Of a stretch of 44,854 nt of DNA, positions 35,791 to 44,854 are shown piece after piece; the first letter of the stretch is position 1, and each line of letters starts with the position of its first letter. The translations under genes were made by a program, and so were the position numbers. The stretch is from Altererythrobacter sp. (GTDB lineage Bacteria; Pseudomonadota; Alphaproteobacteria; Sphingomonadales; Sphingomonadaceae). Under the pieces are notes generated by a model. That model had not been told where the DNA came from and made no database searches. It saw only the letters and a list, made by a program, of their open reading frames with translations. Location of the stretch: contig JBNLDR010000001.1 in assembly GCA_050304495.1 (NCBI GenBank), positions 1 to 44,854 of the forward strand. Reading direction: 5' to 3'.

Positions 35791-37007
35791 ACAATCTGAA
35801 CAGCGCGAGCGGCTATCTGCGCTCTGATGGCCGCAAGGGCATACGTAACGTCGTGCTCGTTATCTATCTGGTTGAATGCGCGCATCACGTTGCGCGGCAG
35901 ATCGTCACGCGCGCGGGCGTTCCCTCGATACAGCTGGTCGGTTTTCCGGGCTGCTATCCCAACAATTATGCCTACCGGTTGATGGAGCGGATCGCGACCC
36001 ATCCCAATGTTGGCGGTGCGCTCATCGTATCGCTCGGCTGCGAGGGGTTTGATCGCGAGGGGCTGGCCGCAAGCATTGCCGGGTCAGGCCGGCCGGTGCG
36101 CACGCTGGTGATCCAGCAGGCGGGCGGCACGCGTTCCGGGATAGAGGAAGGGCTGGAGGCGCTGGCGGAAATCCGTGAGGCCGCAGATGCAGCCGAACGC
36201 GTGGAAATGAAATTGAGCGACCTTGTGGTCGGCACCATTTGCGGGGGCTCTGACGGGACCAGCGGCATTACCGCCAATCCGGCAGTGGGGCGCTGCTTTG
36301 ACCGACTGGTTGCGGCGAATGCGACCTGCATCTTCGAAGAGACGGGCGAGCTTATCGGTTGCGAACAGGTGATGGCCGACCGCGCCGTTACACCCGAACT
36401 TGGGCGGGAGATCGAGGCAGCGGTGGAAAAGGCCGAGCGCTACTACACGGTGTTGGGCTATGGCAGCTTTTCACCCGGCAATGCCGATGGTGGCCTGACA
36501 ACGCAGGAAGAAAAGTCGCTCGGCGCTTATTCGAAGTCGGGAAACTCCCCGATATCGGGGCTAATCAAGCCTGGCGATATTCCGCCAGGTCCCGGCCTCT
36601 ATCTGATGGACGTGGTGCCCGATGGCGAGGTGCGCTTCGGTTTTCCTAACATTTCCGACAATGCCGAGATCGTCGAGATGATCGCCTCAGGTTGTCATAT
36701 TGTGTTGTTCACCACCGGGCGCGGCTCGGTCGTCGGGTCCGCCATATCGCCGGTCATCAAGATCTGCGCCAACCCGGAAACCTACGCCCGCCTGGCCGAG
36801 GATATGGACGTCAATGCCGGACGGATAATGCAGATGAAAGCGACGCTTGATGAGGTTGGAGCGGAAATTCACAAAAAGGTGCTGGCGGTCGCGAGCGGGG
36901 AGCAAAGCGCGTCGGAAGCGCTAGGGCATCAAGAATTCATCCTGACCTATAAATATTTTGAGCCGACTGGCCCCGCATGTCTGCCGGGTGCGGCAAGCAG
37001 AGGTTAA
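35787..37007 (+). CDS. UxaA/GarD family sugar-acid dehydratase, large subunit
   Basis: GYLRSDGRKGIRN, HPNVGG, LGCE, CGGSDG.SG.TANPAVG, EEKSLG, FTTGRG. Confidence 0.9.
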   Translation: MNNLNSASGYLRSDGRKGIRNVVLVIYLVECAHHVARQIVTRAGVPSIQLVGFPGCYPNNYAYRLMERIATHPNVGGALIVSLGCEGFDREGLAASIAGSGRPVRTLVIQQAGGTRSGIEEGLEALAEIREAADAAERVEMKLSDLVVGTICGGSDGTSGITANPAVGRCFDRLVAANATCIFEETGELIGCEQVMADRAVTPELGREIEAAVEKAERYYTVLGYGSFSPGNADGGLTTQEEKSLGAYSKSGNSPISGLIKPGDIPPGPGLYLMDVVPDGEVRFGFPNISDNAEIVEMIASGCHIVLFTTGRGSVVGSAISPVIKICANPETYARLAEDMDVNAGRIMQMKATLDEVGAEIHKKVLAVASGEQSASEALGHQEFILTYKYFEPTGPACLPGAASRG

Positions 37008-37008
37008 T

Positions 37009-37752
37009 GTGGCAAACCCATTCGATCTTTCGGGCAAGAAAGCTTTTGTGACAGGGGCCGCACAAGGCATTGGCCGCGCTTGTGCCGAAGCCTTGCGCGA
37101 CGCCGGGGCGGATGTGCTGGCCACCGATCACAACGCGGACGCGTTGGCGTCCCTCGACGGATGCCGGTTGCAGCGGCTGGATGTGACCGATGCCGGTGCG
37201 GTCGCGGTGCTGACTGCCGATGCTGAGGCGGATCTCGATATCCTCGTCAATTGCGTCGGCTTCGTGCATGGCGGCACGATCCTGGAATGCACCGAAGACG
37301 ACCTGTGGGACGCCTTCAACCTCAACGTGATGGCGATGTTCCGCCTGACCCGCGCGCTGCTCCCCGCGATGGTCGCGCGCGGCGGCGGCTCAATCGTCAA
37401 CATTGCTTCCGTCGCGGGGTCGATCATCGGCGTGCCCAATCGTTTCGCCTATGGCACGACCAAGGCCGCAGTCATCGGCATGACCAAGGCCATTGCCGTC
37501 GATTTCGTGCAGAAGGGCATTCGTTGCAATGCTATTTGCCCCGGCACCGTCCACTCACCCTCCCTTGAAGAAAGGCTGGCCGCCACTGGCGATTTCGACA
37601 AGGCGATGGCGGAGTTCATCGCGCGTCAGCCCATCGGGCGCATCGGCAAACCGGAAGAGGTCGCTGCCATCGCGCTATGGCTGGCTAGCGACGCTGCTGC
37701 ATTCGTAACCGGGCAATGTCAGATAATTGACGGCGGGTGGACCAACGCCTGA
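37009..37752 (+). CDS. SDR, 2-keto-3-deoxy-L-fuconate dehydrogenase (BDH2-like)
   Basis: TGAAQGIG, GFVHGGTILEC, NRFAYGTTKAAVIG, CPGTV.SPSL, ARQPIGR. Confidence 0.82.
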   Translation: MANPFDLSGKKAFVTGAAQGIGRACAEALRDAGADVLATDHNADALASLDGCRLQRLDVTDAGAVAVLTADAEADLDILVNCVGFVHGGTILECTEDDLWDAFNLNVMAMFRLTRALLPAMVARGGGSIVNIASVAGSIIGVPNRFAYGTTKAAVIGMTKAIAVDFVQKGIRCNAICPGTVHSPSLEERLAATGDFDKAMAEFIARQPIGRIGKPEEVAAIALWLASDAAAFVTGQCQIIDGGWTNA

Positions 37753-37779
37753 CCGCGAACGCAACGGAGAGGAACAGCC

Positions 37780-39087
37780 ATGACAGTGACAGCGGGCCCG
37801 GCAGAACAGCCTGCCACATCGGGCGACAAGGGCCCCTTGGTTGAACGGAGATTCCTGATGGCCTTCGCGGCTGTGACGAGCCTGTTCTTCATGTGGGCGA
37901 TCGCCAATAATTTCAACGATATCCTTATCAAGCAGTTCCAGAAGGCGCTGGAACTGTCGCGGATGCAGTCGGGCCTGGTCCAGACGGCATTCTACTTCGG
38001 TTACTTTACCTTCGCGCTGCCTGCTGGGTGGGCCATTTCGCGGCTGGGCTACAAAGCGGGGATCATCATCGGACTGGGGCTCTATGCGGCTGGTGCGCTG
38101 CTTTTCTATCCCGCTGCGGGTGTGCGTGAATTCGGCTTTTTCCTGATCGCGCTCTACATCATCGCCGCGGGCCTTGCCTTTCTGGAGACGGCAGCCAACC
38201 CTCTGATCGCGGCCATGGGATCGCCCCGCACAGCCGCCCAGCGCCTCAATCTGGCGCAGAGTTTCAACGGGTTGGGTGGGTTCGTTGCGCCGTTCATCGG
38301 TGGCGCGCTGATCTTTTCCGGGATCGAGCACACAGCTCAGGATATCGCCGCTATGGCACCGGCTGAAGTCGACGCTTACCGGGCCAGCGAGGCTTTGGCA
38401 GTTCAGATGCCGTACCTCGGCCTGGCGGGGGTCGTGATCTGCCTAGCCGTTCTGGTCGCCATCGTGCGCTTCCCCAAGATCGAGGAAGCAAGCCATGTTT
38501 ACGAGCACGAAGAGCGCATATCGCTGTGGTCCTTTCGCCATCTGCGCTGGGCCGTGGTGGCGCAGTTCTTCTATGTCGGTGCACAGGTCACGGTGTGGAG
38601 CTATTTCATCAACTTTGCCCAGGATCTTTCGGGTGTGGGCGAAAAGACGGCGGCCCATTATCTGGGCTTCAGCCTGTTCGCCTTCATGGTGGGGCGTTTC
38701 GCTGGCACCGCGTTGATGCGATTTGTCGCCCCGGCGCGTTTGCTGATGCTGTACGGGATCTGTGCTGCGCTGCTCACGATCGTCGCTATGGGCACGGGCG
38801 GCATGGTCGCCATCGTCGCGCTCGGCCTGACCAGCTTTTTCATGTCTGTCATGTTCCCCACGATCTTCTCTCTCGGCGTTGCAGAACTGGGGGAACGCAC
38901 CAAGCTCGGCTCATCTCTTTTGGTGATGGCGATCATTGGTGGGGCGCTGTTCCCGCCGCTTACCGGCCTTATTGCCGAGCGGGCGGGATCGTTGCAGATC
39001 GCCATGATCAGCCCGATGGTCTGCTTCATCATTGTTGCGCTCTTCGGGCGCTATATGCATGGTTGGCTCGCGGAAAGGGGTGCGTGA
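37780..39087 (+). CDS. fucP: L-fucose:H+ symporter family MFS permease
   Basis: LFFMWAIANNFNDILI, FLETAANP, RLNLAQSFNGLG, QFFYVGAQV, SVMFPTIF. Confidence 0.88.
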   Translation: MTVTAGPAEQPATSGDKGPLVERRFLMAFAAVTSLFFMWAIANNFNDILIKQFQKALELSRMQSGLVQTAFYFGYFTFALPAGWAISRLGYKAGIIIGLGLYAAGALLFYPAAGVREFGFFLIALYIIAAGLAFLETAANPLIAAMGSPRTAAQRLNLAQSFNGLGGFVAPFIGGALIFSGIEHTAQDIAAMAPAEVDAYRASEALAVQMPYLGLAGVVICLAVLVAIVRFPKIEEASHVYEHEERISLWSFRHLRWAVVAQFFYVGAQVTVWSYFINFAQDLSGVGEKTAAHYLGFSLFAFMVGRFAGTALMRFVAPARLLMLYGICAALLTIVAMGTGGMVAIVALGLTSFFMSVMFPTIFSLGVAELGERTKLGSSLLVMAIIGGALFPPLTGLIAERAGSLQIAMISPMVCFIIVALFGRYMHGWLAERGA

Positions 39088-39422
39088 TGGCACGGCAGAT
39101 CTTCCTGCTCGACCTCAAGGACGAAGCGCTCGCCGCTGAATATGAACGCTGGCACCGACCGGGCAATGTGCCCGCACGCGTGCTGGCGGACATCGGCGCT
39201 TCGGGCATCACGTCGATGGAGATTTATCGCACCGGAAACCGGCTGGTGATGGTAGCGGAAACCGCCGGCGATGAACCGCCCGCCGACCGTACTGGCAGCG
39301 AAGAATCCAAGGCGTGGGAAGCGCAGATGGACACATATCAGCAGCCGCTCCCATGGTCCCCACCGGGCGTCAAATGGCAGCCGGCCGAACTAATCTTCGA
39401 TCTTGAGGATCATCTCGACTAA
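39087..39422 (+). CDS. L-rhamnose/L-fucose mutarotase family
   Basis: LDLKD...EYERWH, GITSMEIYRTGNRLVM, WEAQM..YQQPLP; TGATG overlap. Confidence 0.82.
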   Translation: MARQIFLLDLKDEALAAEYERWHRPGNVPARVLADIGASGITSMEIYRTGNRLVMVAETAGDEPPADRTGSEESKAWEAQMDTYQQPLPWSPPGVKWQPAELIFDLEDHLD

Positions 39423-39432
39423 GGAACATGGA

Positions 39433-40278
39433 ATGAAGTTATTGCGATTTGGCCCCAAGGGACGAGAACGGCCCGGGATGCTCGACGAGCATGGAGTTGT
39501 ACGCGATCTATCCGGGCATATTGCAGACATCGCGGGGGACGTGCTTTCGCCCGAAGGACTTGACCGGCTGCGCGCGATCGACCCCGCAACGCTGCCGGCG
39601 ATTGACCAGGTAGAGCGCTATGGCGCATGCGTTGGCGCTGTAGGCAAGTTCATCTGCATCGGCCTCAATTACAGCGAGCACGCGGCTGAATCCGGCATGG
39701 AAGTGCCACCCGAACCGGTGATCTTCAGCAAGGCGACCAGCGCGGTCAACGGCCCGAATGATCCGATTATCAAACCGCGTGGCAGCACCAAGCTTGACTG
39801 GGAAGTTGAACTGGCGGTCGTGATCGGCAGCCACGTGTCCTATGCGAACGAGGAAGAGGCGGCGAAAGCGATTGCCGGCTATTGCGTCTGCAACGACGTG
39901 TCGGAGCGTTCGTTCCAGCTCGAACGGCACGGCACCTGGGACAAGGGCAAGGGTTGCGACAGCTTCGGACCCATCGGCCCCTGGTTGGTGACCGCAGATG
40001 AGGTGGGCAACCCCCATGAACTGGACATGTGGCTGGAAGTGAACGGAAAGCGATTTCAGGACGGCAATACGCGCACGATGGTGTACCAGCCTGCCTTTCT
40101 GGTTAGCTACCTTTCGCAGTTCATGAGCCTGCAACCGGGCGATATCATTTCCACTGGTACGCCCGCAGGTGTGGGCATGGGGTTGGATCCTCCCCAATAT
40201 TTGAACGTCGGCGATGTTATTGAACTGGGAGTCCAGGGACTTGGGTCACAACGTCAGGTCGTTGAGGCGCTCGGCTGA
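39433..40278 (+). CDS. Fumarylacetoacetate hydrolase family (2,4-diketo-3-deoxy sugar-acid hydrolase-like)
   Basis: CIGLNYSEH, DWEVEL, NDVSER, KGCDSFGPIGPW, STGTPAGVG. Confidence 0.88.
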   Translation: MKLLRFGPKGRERPGMLDEHGVVRDLSGHIADIAGDVLSPEGLDRLRAIDPATLPAIDQVERYGACVGAVGKFICIGLNYSEHAAESGMEVPPEPVIFSKATSAVNGPNDPIIKPRGSTKLDWEVELAVVIGSHVSYANEEEAAKAIAGYCVCNDVSERSFQLERHGTWDKGKGCDSFGPIGPWLVTADEVGNPHELDMWLEVNGKRFQDGNTRTMVYQPAFLVSYLSQFMSLQPGDIISTGTPAGVGMGLDPPQYLNVGDVIELGVQGLGSQRQVVEALG

Positions 40279-40299
40279 CCCGGCACGGAGCGGACGTGG

Positions 40300-40713
40300 T
40301 CAGCTCTTGTCCGGGTCGTGCAGTGTGTAAGGCACGAACTCCTCCAGGACGACAAAGCCCTTGAAGAAACCACCGGTGCGATCCAACAGATTGACATCAT
40401 CCATCCGGCAAAGTTCGTCGCCGTTCCACCGTTTGATCAGCAAGATGTCGTCATCGTCGAGGCGGTCGGGTGCGCGAGTGCGATTGACCCACAAGGTCCT
40501 GCCTTGCTGATATACGATCGCCGTTTTGTCGATGATCTGCAGATTGCTGGATCCGTTGGTTGTGATGCATTTCTGCGGATCACCCTTCGTTCGCCCCTCA
40601 AGCATCTTGGCGAGCTCTTCCTGACCGGCCTGTGCTGTCCTCGCCTCTACGGTGGGAGCGGCAATGACACAGCACGCGGCGGCGAGCATGAGCGGTTTGA
40701 ATAGATCTGGCAT
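40300..40713 (-). CDS. Secreted hypothetical protein
   Basis: Signal peptide (LMLAAACCVIAAPTVEA), LEGR..G.P..CI, LWVNR, FVPY. Confidence 0.7.
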   Translation of the reverse strand: MPDLFKPLMLAAACCVIAAPTVEARTAQAGQEELAKMLEGRTKGDPQKCITTNGSSNLQIIDKTAIVYQQGRTLWVNRTRAPDRLDDDDILLIKRWNGDELCRMDDVNLLDRTGGFFKGFVVLEEFVPYTLHDPDKS

Positions 40714-40773
40714 TTTGCGCCTCCATTTCTGGCCCGCAGCTTCCACTTTAACGGCTTAACGTTTGCTGACCAT

Positions 40774-43047
40774 GTGTCGGCGGCAATGATTTGTATGAGA
40801 ACTTGGGTTTCTAGGCAAATGGATGTAGCGTTATCGGGAATGTCGCCGAACAATCCTTCGCCGGGCATAGTGAAAAGGAGCAGGACTATCCAAACTGCCT
40901 TCGACCTCAAATTCCTCTTCCGATCGGCCTTCCGTCGGGCTTCTGGGCGACGCGCCGTGCTGACGCTCGCAGCGATGTTGCTTTGCCTGTTTATCCAGCC
41001 GACGGATCTATGTGCGCACGAAAAGGGCGCAGATAACCCCACTGTCGGCTCGCGCCGGGAAACTCCGCTTGATGCCGGCTGGACATTCCAGAGGGGGGAT
41101 TCCGATCACGCCCAGGCGATCGATTTTGACGATACCGACTGGCGTCGGGTCACTCTGCCGCACAGTTTCAACGACGGAGATGGGGAGCAGCGCGACTATT
41201 ACAGGGGGGCTTCCTGGTATCGCCGCGCCTTCGTGTTCGACCGGGCGCCAAATGGCCGCCGTCTGGTGGTGCAGTTCGGTGCCGCCGCACTGAGCGCCGA
41301 CATTTATCTCAATGGCAGCCTCGTCGGGACGCACAAGGGCGGCCATGCGGCCTTCCGCGTCGATCTGACATCGGGGCTGCGTCCGGGCCGAAATCTGCTT
41401 GCTGTGCGGGTCGACAACAGCGCGGATCCAATTATCACCCCGCTGGGCGGAGACTTCACCGTATTCGGCGGCCTCTATCGCGATGTCTCATTGATAGAAG
41501 TTGACCCGATTCATATCGACCTGTTCGATCACGGCGGGCCCGGAGTTTATCTGACACTCAGCAAGCTCTCGGATCGATCCGCAGTGGTGGAGGCAAGGGT
41601 CCGCGTTGCCAACAACAGCGGCGCAGAAACGGCAGTGCCGGTAACTGTGCGCATCCGGGATCGATCAGGCAAAATTGTCGCCCACGGGACGGCAGCTGTC
41701 AGCGTCGCCGCAGGCGGTGTTGCAGAAAGCGTACAGGCAGTCACGATACCCGATCCACACCGGTGGGACGGAGTGCGCGATCCCTATCTTTACCAGGCAG
41801 AGGTGGTCCTGGGCCAGGATGGCGACAGGGTGACGATACCTTTGGGGTTACGCGAATTCCGGGTCGATCCTGCCGAAGGTTTCATCCTCAACGGCCGACC
41901 CTATCAGCTTTATGGCGTCAACCTGATGCATAGCGCGCGTCCGGGCCGCGGCACGGCAGTGGGTCGCGACGAAATTGCCGAGGACTTCGATCTCATTGGT
42001 CGCATGGGTGCAACGGGCGTTAGGTTGGTGCATTTCCAGCATCCGGCAGCGGCCTATGACGAAGCTGACCGGCGCGGAATGGTGACATGGACCGAGATCG
42101 GTATCAACAGCATGATCAGTCCCGATCCGGCGTTTCAGGCCAATGCCGAGGAGCAGATGCGCGAGCTGATCGCGCAGAATTACAACCATCCCTCAATCTT
42201 CTTCTGGGGGCTGGGAAACGAAGTGTATGACACCAGCGAAGATGTTGTCGCAACGCTGCAAAGCCTTAACAAGCTCGCTCACGCCATCGATCCAAGTCGG
42301 CCGACTGCCTATGCGCACTGCTGCCAGGGTGACGACGCACCAAAGGCACTAGTCCCCGATGTGGTAGGCTATAATCGCTATTTCGGCTGGTATCCGGATC
42401 AAAAAGGCACGCTGGGTAATTGGGCAGAGAAGCGGCATGCGGCCGACCCTTCCCGTCCCTTCATGGTCAGCGAATATGGCGCAGGCGCGAGCATCCTGCA
42501 TCAGGCCGATCCACCGGGCACGGTGGTTCCGGCGAGCGGCTGGCATCCGGAACAATACCAGACGCTTTTTCATGAACGCAGCTGGCTTGGTCTGAAGGAC
42601 AAGCGTTACCTTGCCGGTTCCTTCGTTTGGGTCATGTTCGACCTGGCATCAGCCGGGCGCAATGAAGGTGACAGACCGGGGATCAATGACAAGGGACTTG
42701 TTACCTATGATCGGCGCACCCCGAAGGATGCCTGGTACTGGTACCAGGCGAACTGGTCGGCCACGCCGATGCTACATCTTACCAGCAAGCGGTTCGATCG
42801 GCGAACCGAGCAGCAGGCGGAAGTGAAGGCCTACACCAATGGCGGCGCGGCGGAGCTGTTCCTCAACGGGCGAAGCATGGGGCGCGTCGCACCGGTCGAC
42901 CATATCCTGCGTTGGCAGGTCGCGCTTTCCGTGGGTGAGAACCACCTTGTGGTTGAGCAAGGGCGGGGCAGCAAGCTGCTGCGCGACGAGGCGCGCTGGA
43001 CCCTTGTGCCACAGGCCGCGATCGTCGCCTTACCCGTGCTGCCGTGA
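40774..43047 (+). CDS. Glycoside hydrolase family 2 (beta-galactosidase/glucuronidase-like)
   Basis: LPHSFN, GGLYRDV, GVNLMH, NYNHPSIFFWGLGNE (acid/base), VSEYGAG (nucleophile), NDKGLVTYDR. The true start is probably downstream, near the signal peptide at about 40957. Confidence 0.9.
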   Translation: MSAAMICMRTWVSRQMDVALSGMSPNNPSPGIVKRSRTIQTAFDLKFLFRSAFRRASGRRAVLTLAAMLLCLFIQPTDLCAHEKGADNPTVGSRRETPLDAGWTFQRGDSDHAQAIDFDDTDWRRVTLPHSFNDGDGEQRDYYRGASWYRRAFVFDRAPNGRRLVVQFGAAALSADIYLNGSLVGTHKGGHAAFRVDLTSGLRPGRNLLAVRVDNSADPIITPLGGDFTVFGGLYRDVSLIEVDPIHIDLFDHGGPGVYLTLSKLSDRSAVVEARVRVANNSGAETAVPVTVRIRDRSGKIVAHGTAAVSVAAGGVAESVQAVTIPDPHRWDGVRDPYLYQAEVVLGQDGDRVTIPLGLREFRVDPAEGFILNGRPYQLYGVNLMHSARPGRGTAVGRDEIAEDFDLIGRMGATGVRLVHFQHPAAAYDEADRRGMVTWTEIGINSMISPDPAFQANAEEQMRELIAQNYNHPSIFFWGLGNEVYDTSEDVVATLQSLNKLAHAIDPSRPTAYAHCCQGDDAPKALVPDVVGYNRYFGWYPDQKGTLGNWAEKRHAADPSRPFMVSEYGAGASILHQADPPGTVVPASGWHPEQYQTLFHERSWLGLKDKRYLAGSFVWVMFDLASAGRNEGDRPGINDKGLVTYDRRTPKDAWYWYQANWSATPMLHLTSKRFDRRTEQQAEVKAYTNGGAAELFLNGRSMGRVAPVDHILRWQVALSVGENHLVVEQGRGSKLLRDEARWTLVPQAAIVALPVLP

Positions 43048-43131
43048 CGGAGCCTTCCCGGCAGCGCGCGCTATTGTGCTGTCATTGCAGGTGGCGACAC
43101 GACATCAATGGCACCGGAACGGCTACGGTCT

Positions 43132-44103
43132 TTACTGAGTGAAAACGCCGTGTTCCGCACCATAGTTGTGGAAGAGCTGCGGCCAGGCCGACGCCGGAAC
43201 CTCCTTCGGCAGCCTCACGCCATACCCGTGTCCGCCCCGATCGAATGTATGTAGTTCGCACGGGCGCTGCGCCGCCAGCATGGCCTGATAGAGCACGAGG
43301 CTGTTCTGGATCGGGACCGCTCCGTCATCGCTGCAATGCGTGAGGAAGATGGGCGGCGTATCCGCAGTAACGCGCAGATCGACAGATGCGTGGCGGCGCT
43401 GATCTTCGGTAGCATCCGGACCCAGCAGATTGTCGCGCGAATCCATGTGGGTAAAAGCCTCGGCCGTGCTGACGACAGGATAGACAAGGCCCGCAAAGTC
43501 GGGCCGGGCCGATTGGGCGTCGATCTCGTCTACCGGCTCATAGACCGGTTCGGCAAAGCGTGTGGCAATGCTGCCGGCCAGATGTCCGCCGGCAGAAAAG
43601 CCGAGCACTGTAACCCGCTTGGGATCGATGCCAAATGTTCCGGCCTGCGCCCTGATCAGCCGCATTGCCCGCTGTGCGTCCTGCAGCGGGACAACAGAAC
43701 GATTAACCCAGCCATCGCCGGGCAAGCGGTAGGACAGGATGAAGCACGTGATGCCGAGGGCATTAAGCCAGCGCGCCTGTTCCTCCCCCTCATTATCCCA
43801 GGACAGGAAGGCATAGCTGCCACCTGGACAGAGCAGGACGGCCGCGCCGGTGGGATTCTCGGAGCGGCGAACCGTGATGCACGGATCGGTGATGCCGAAG
43901 ATCCAGCGATCGTGAAATAGCGGGTCACTGGAACGCTCGGTAATTTTCCGGCTGGGCAATTGCCGCGGGGCGCCTGGCACCTTGCCGGGCCACAGCGGAA
44001 TGACGTCGTCACTTTGTCCGGCCAATGTCTTTACGGGCAACGCCATGCCCGCGCCCAGCGCCGCCATCCCACCCAGAATCGACCGGCGTGTAGTTCCGTT
44101 CAT
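43132..44103 (-). CDS. Tat-exported alpha/beta hydrolase (carbohydrate esterase-like)
   Basis: TRRSILGG Tat motif; PGGSY; GFSAGG nucleophile; DDGAVP; GGHGYG. Confidence 0.87.
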   Translation of the reverse strand: MNGTTRRSILGGMAALGAGMALPVKTLAGQSDDVIPLWPGKVPGAPRQLPSRKITERSSDPLFHDRWIFGITDPCITVRRSENPTGAAVLLCPGGSYAFLSWDNEGEEQARWLNALGITCFILSYRLPGDGWVNRSVVPLQDAQRAMRLIRAQAGTFGIDPKRVTVLGFSAGGHLAGSIATRFAEPVYEPVDEIDAQSARPDFAGLVYPVVSTAEAFTHMDSRDNLLGPDATEDQRRHASVDLRVTADTPPIFLTHCSDDGAVPIQNSLVLYQAMLAAQRPCELHTFDRGGHGYGVRLPKEVPASAWPQLFHNYGAEHGVFTQ

Positions 44104-44145
44104 GTTTCTATCCCTTCTTCATCCGTAGGGTCCGCGAACCGAGCA

Positions 44146-44854
44146 TCAGTCGGCCTCTTCGAACGGGTGGACAACCTCCACCTCAATTTCGACCGAGGGC
44201 AAGGTTTCAGACACCACCCGGACGCGAATGTTACCCGGTTGCTTGCCCGCGCGCACAACGGCCACCGCGCGCCCATTGTAGGTGGAGCGCTTGCCGGTGC
44301 GGAAACTCTCAAGCGCAGTCGGATCGCCATTACCCACACCCGCCAGTTCGCCCGCGCCGCTTACCGTGAACCGCAGGGGGATGTCCTTGCTGTGATCGAA
44401 GACCGTTTGTCCCTTGTCATCGATCAGTTCGGCGGTGACGTAGGCGAGATCGTTGCCGTCGGCAGCAAGTGTCGAGCGATCTACGTTCAGGCGGATAGCA
44501 GCGGGCTTGTCAGCGGTTTGCAAGATCCACTGAGAGACCGGCTTGCCGCCGACATAGCCAACGGCCTTGAGCTCTCCGGGTTCGAAACGAACGAGGAAGG
44601 TCGCCTTGTACTCTCCCGCCTTTCCTACCGGCTTCCTGCCATGGCTTCGTCCGTTGACGAACAGCTCAACTTCCTCATTCTCGGAATATACCACTACCTT
44701 GCGCGGCAGATAATCTGCGGGCAACCCGAACGGCTGCCAAGCGGGGATCAGGTCGTCATGAACCCAGTTGCGGAGCGCACGGGGCCCGCCCGCCAGCTTG
44801 TCTGGCATCGATCCTTCCGCGCCGTTCCATTCGACGAATGCGACCGTGGGATTG
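44146..44854 (-). CDS. C-terminal part of a second GH2-type glycoside hydrolase (partial, begins beyond the window)
   Basis: VVVYSENEEVELFVNGRS, FEPGELKAVG, ADGNDLAYV, GVGNGDP, YNGRAVAVVR are typical GH2 C-terminal Ig-like domains. Confidence 0.8.
   Translation of the reverse strand, partial: NPTVAFVEWNGAEGSMPDKLAGGPRALRNWVHDDLIPAWQPFGLPADYLPRKVVVYSENEEVELFVNGRSHGRKPVGKAGEYKATFLVRFEPGELKAVGYVGGKPVSQWILQTADKPAAIRLNVDRSTLAADGNDLAYVTAELIDDKGQTVFDHSKDIPLRFTVSGAGELAGVGNGDPTALESFRTGKRSTYNGRAVAVVRAGKQPGNIRVRVVSETLPSVEIEVEVVHPFEEAD

Noticed and set aside
40747-40761. CtrA box upstream of the secreted hypothetical gene
   Set aside because: TTAA half-sites are separated by 4 nt, not 7. The half-sites near 12840-12880 and 23476-23505 are likewise mis-spaced.

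Overview
GC-rich alphaproteobacterial chromosome segment, most likely Sphingomonadales/Erythrobacteraceae (inferred from the spt/ACP pair and gene order). (1) Bases 1-7.9 kb hold the head-to-tail half of an RcGTA-like gene transfer agent cluster on the minus strand. It carries a family of modular palindromic elements at gene junctions and an antisense Imm33-like insert. At the window start it is joined abruptly, out of frame, to an unrelated ABC-ATPase Walker A fragment, probably a chimera or rearrangement. (2) Bases 8-30 kb are mostly core genes: yqaA, a Crp regulator/desaturase pair, spt-ACP, a solo Pycsar-effector-like protein, divK-like, a DUF3572-HAD-RidA-GDPD-GNAT operon, Sel1, dksA, PilZ, an SBP, HNH, gluQ, pduO-type adenosyltransferase, hbd, mutS, maeB, ACT protein and a class V PLP enzyme. 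(3) Bases 30-44.8 kb are an IclR-associated non-phosphorylative L-galactose/L-fucose-type catabolic locus with two GH2 genes and a Tat esterase. I saw no tRNA, rRNA, CRISPR array, integrase or transposase. All family calls come from motif recognition by eye, not database searches.
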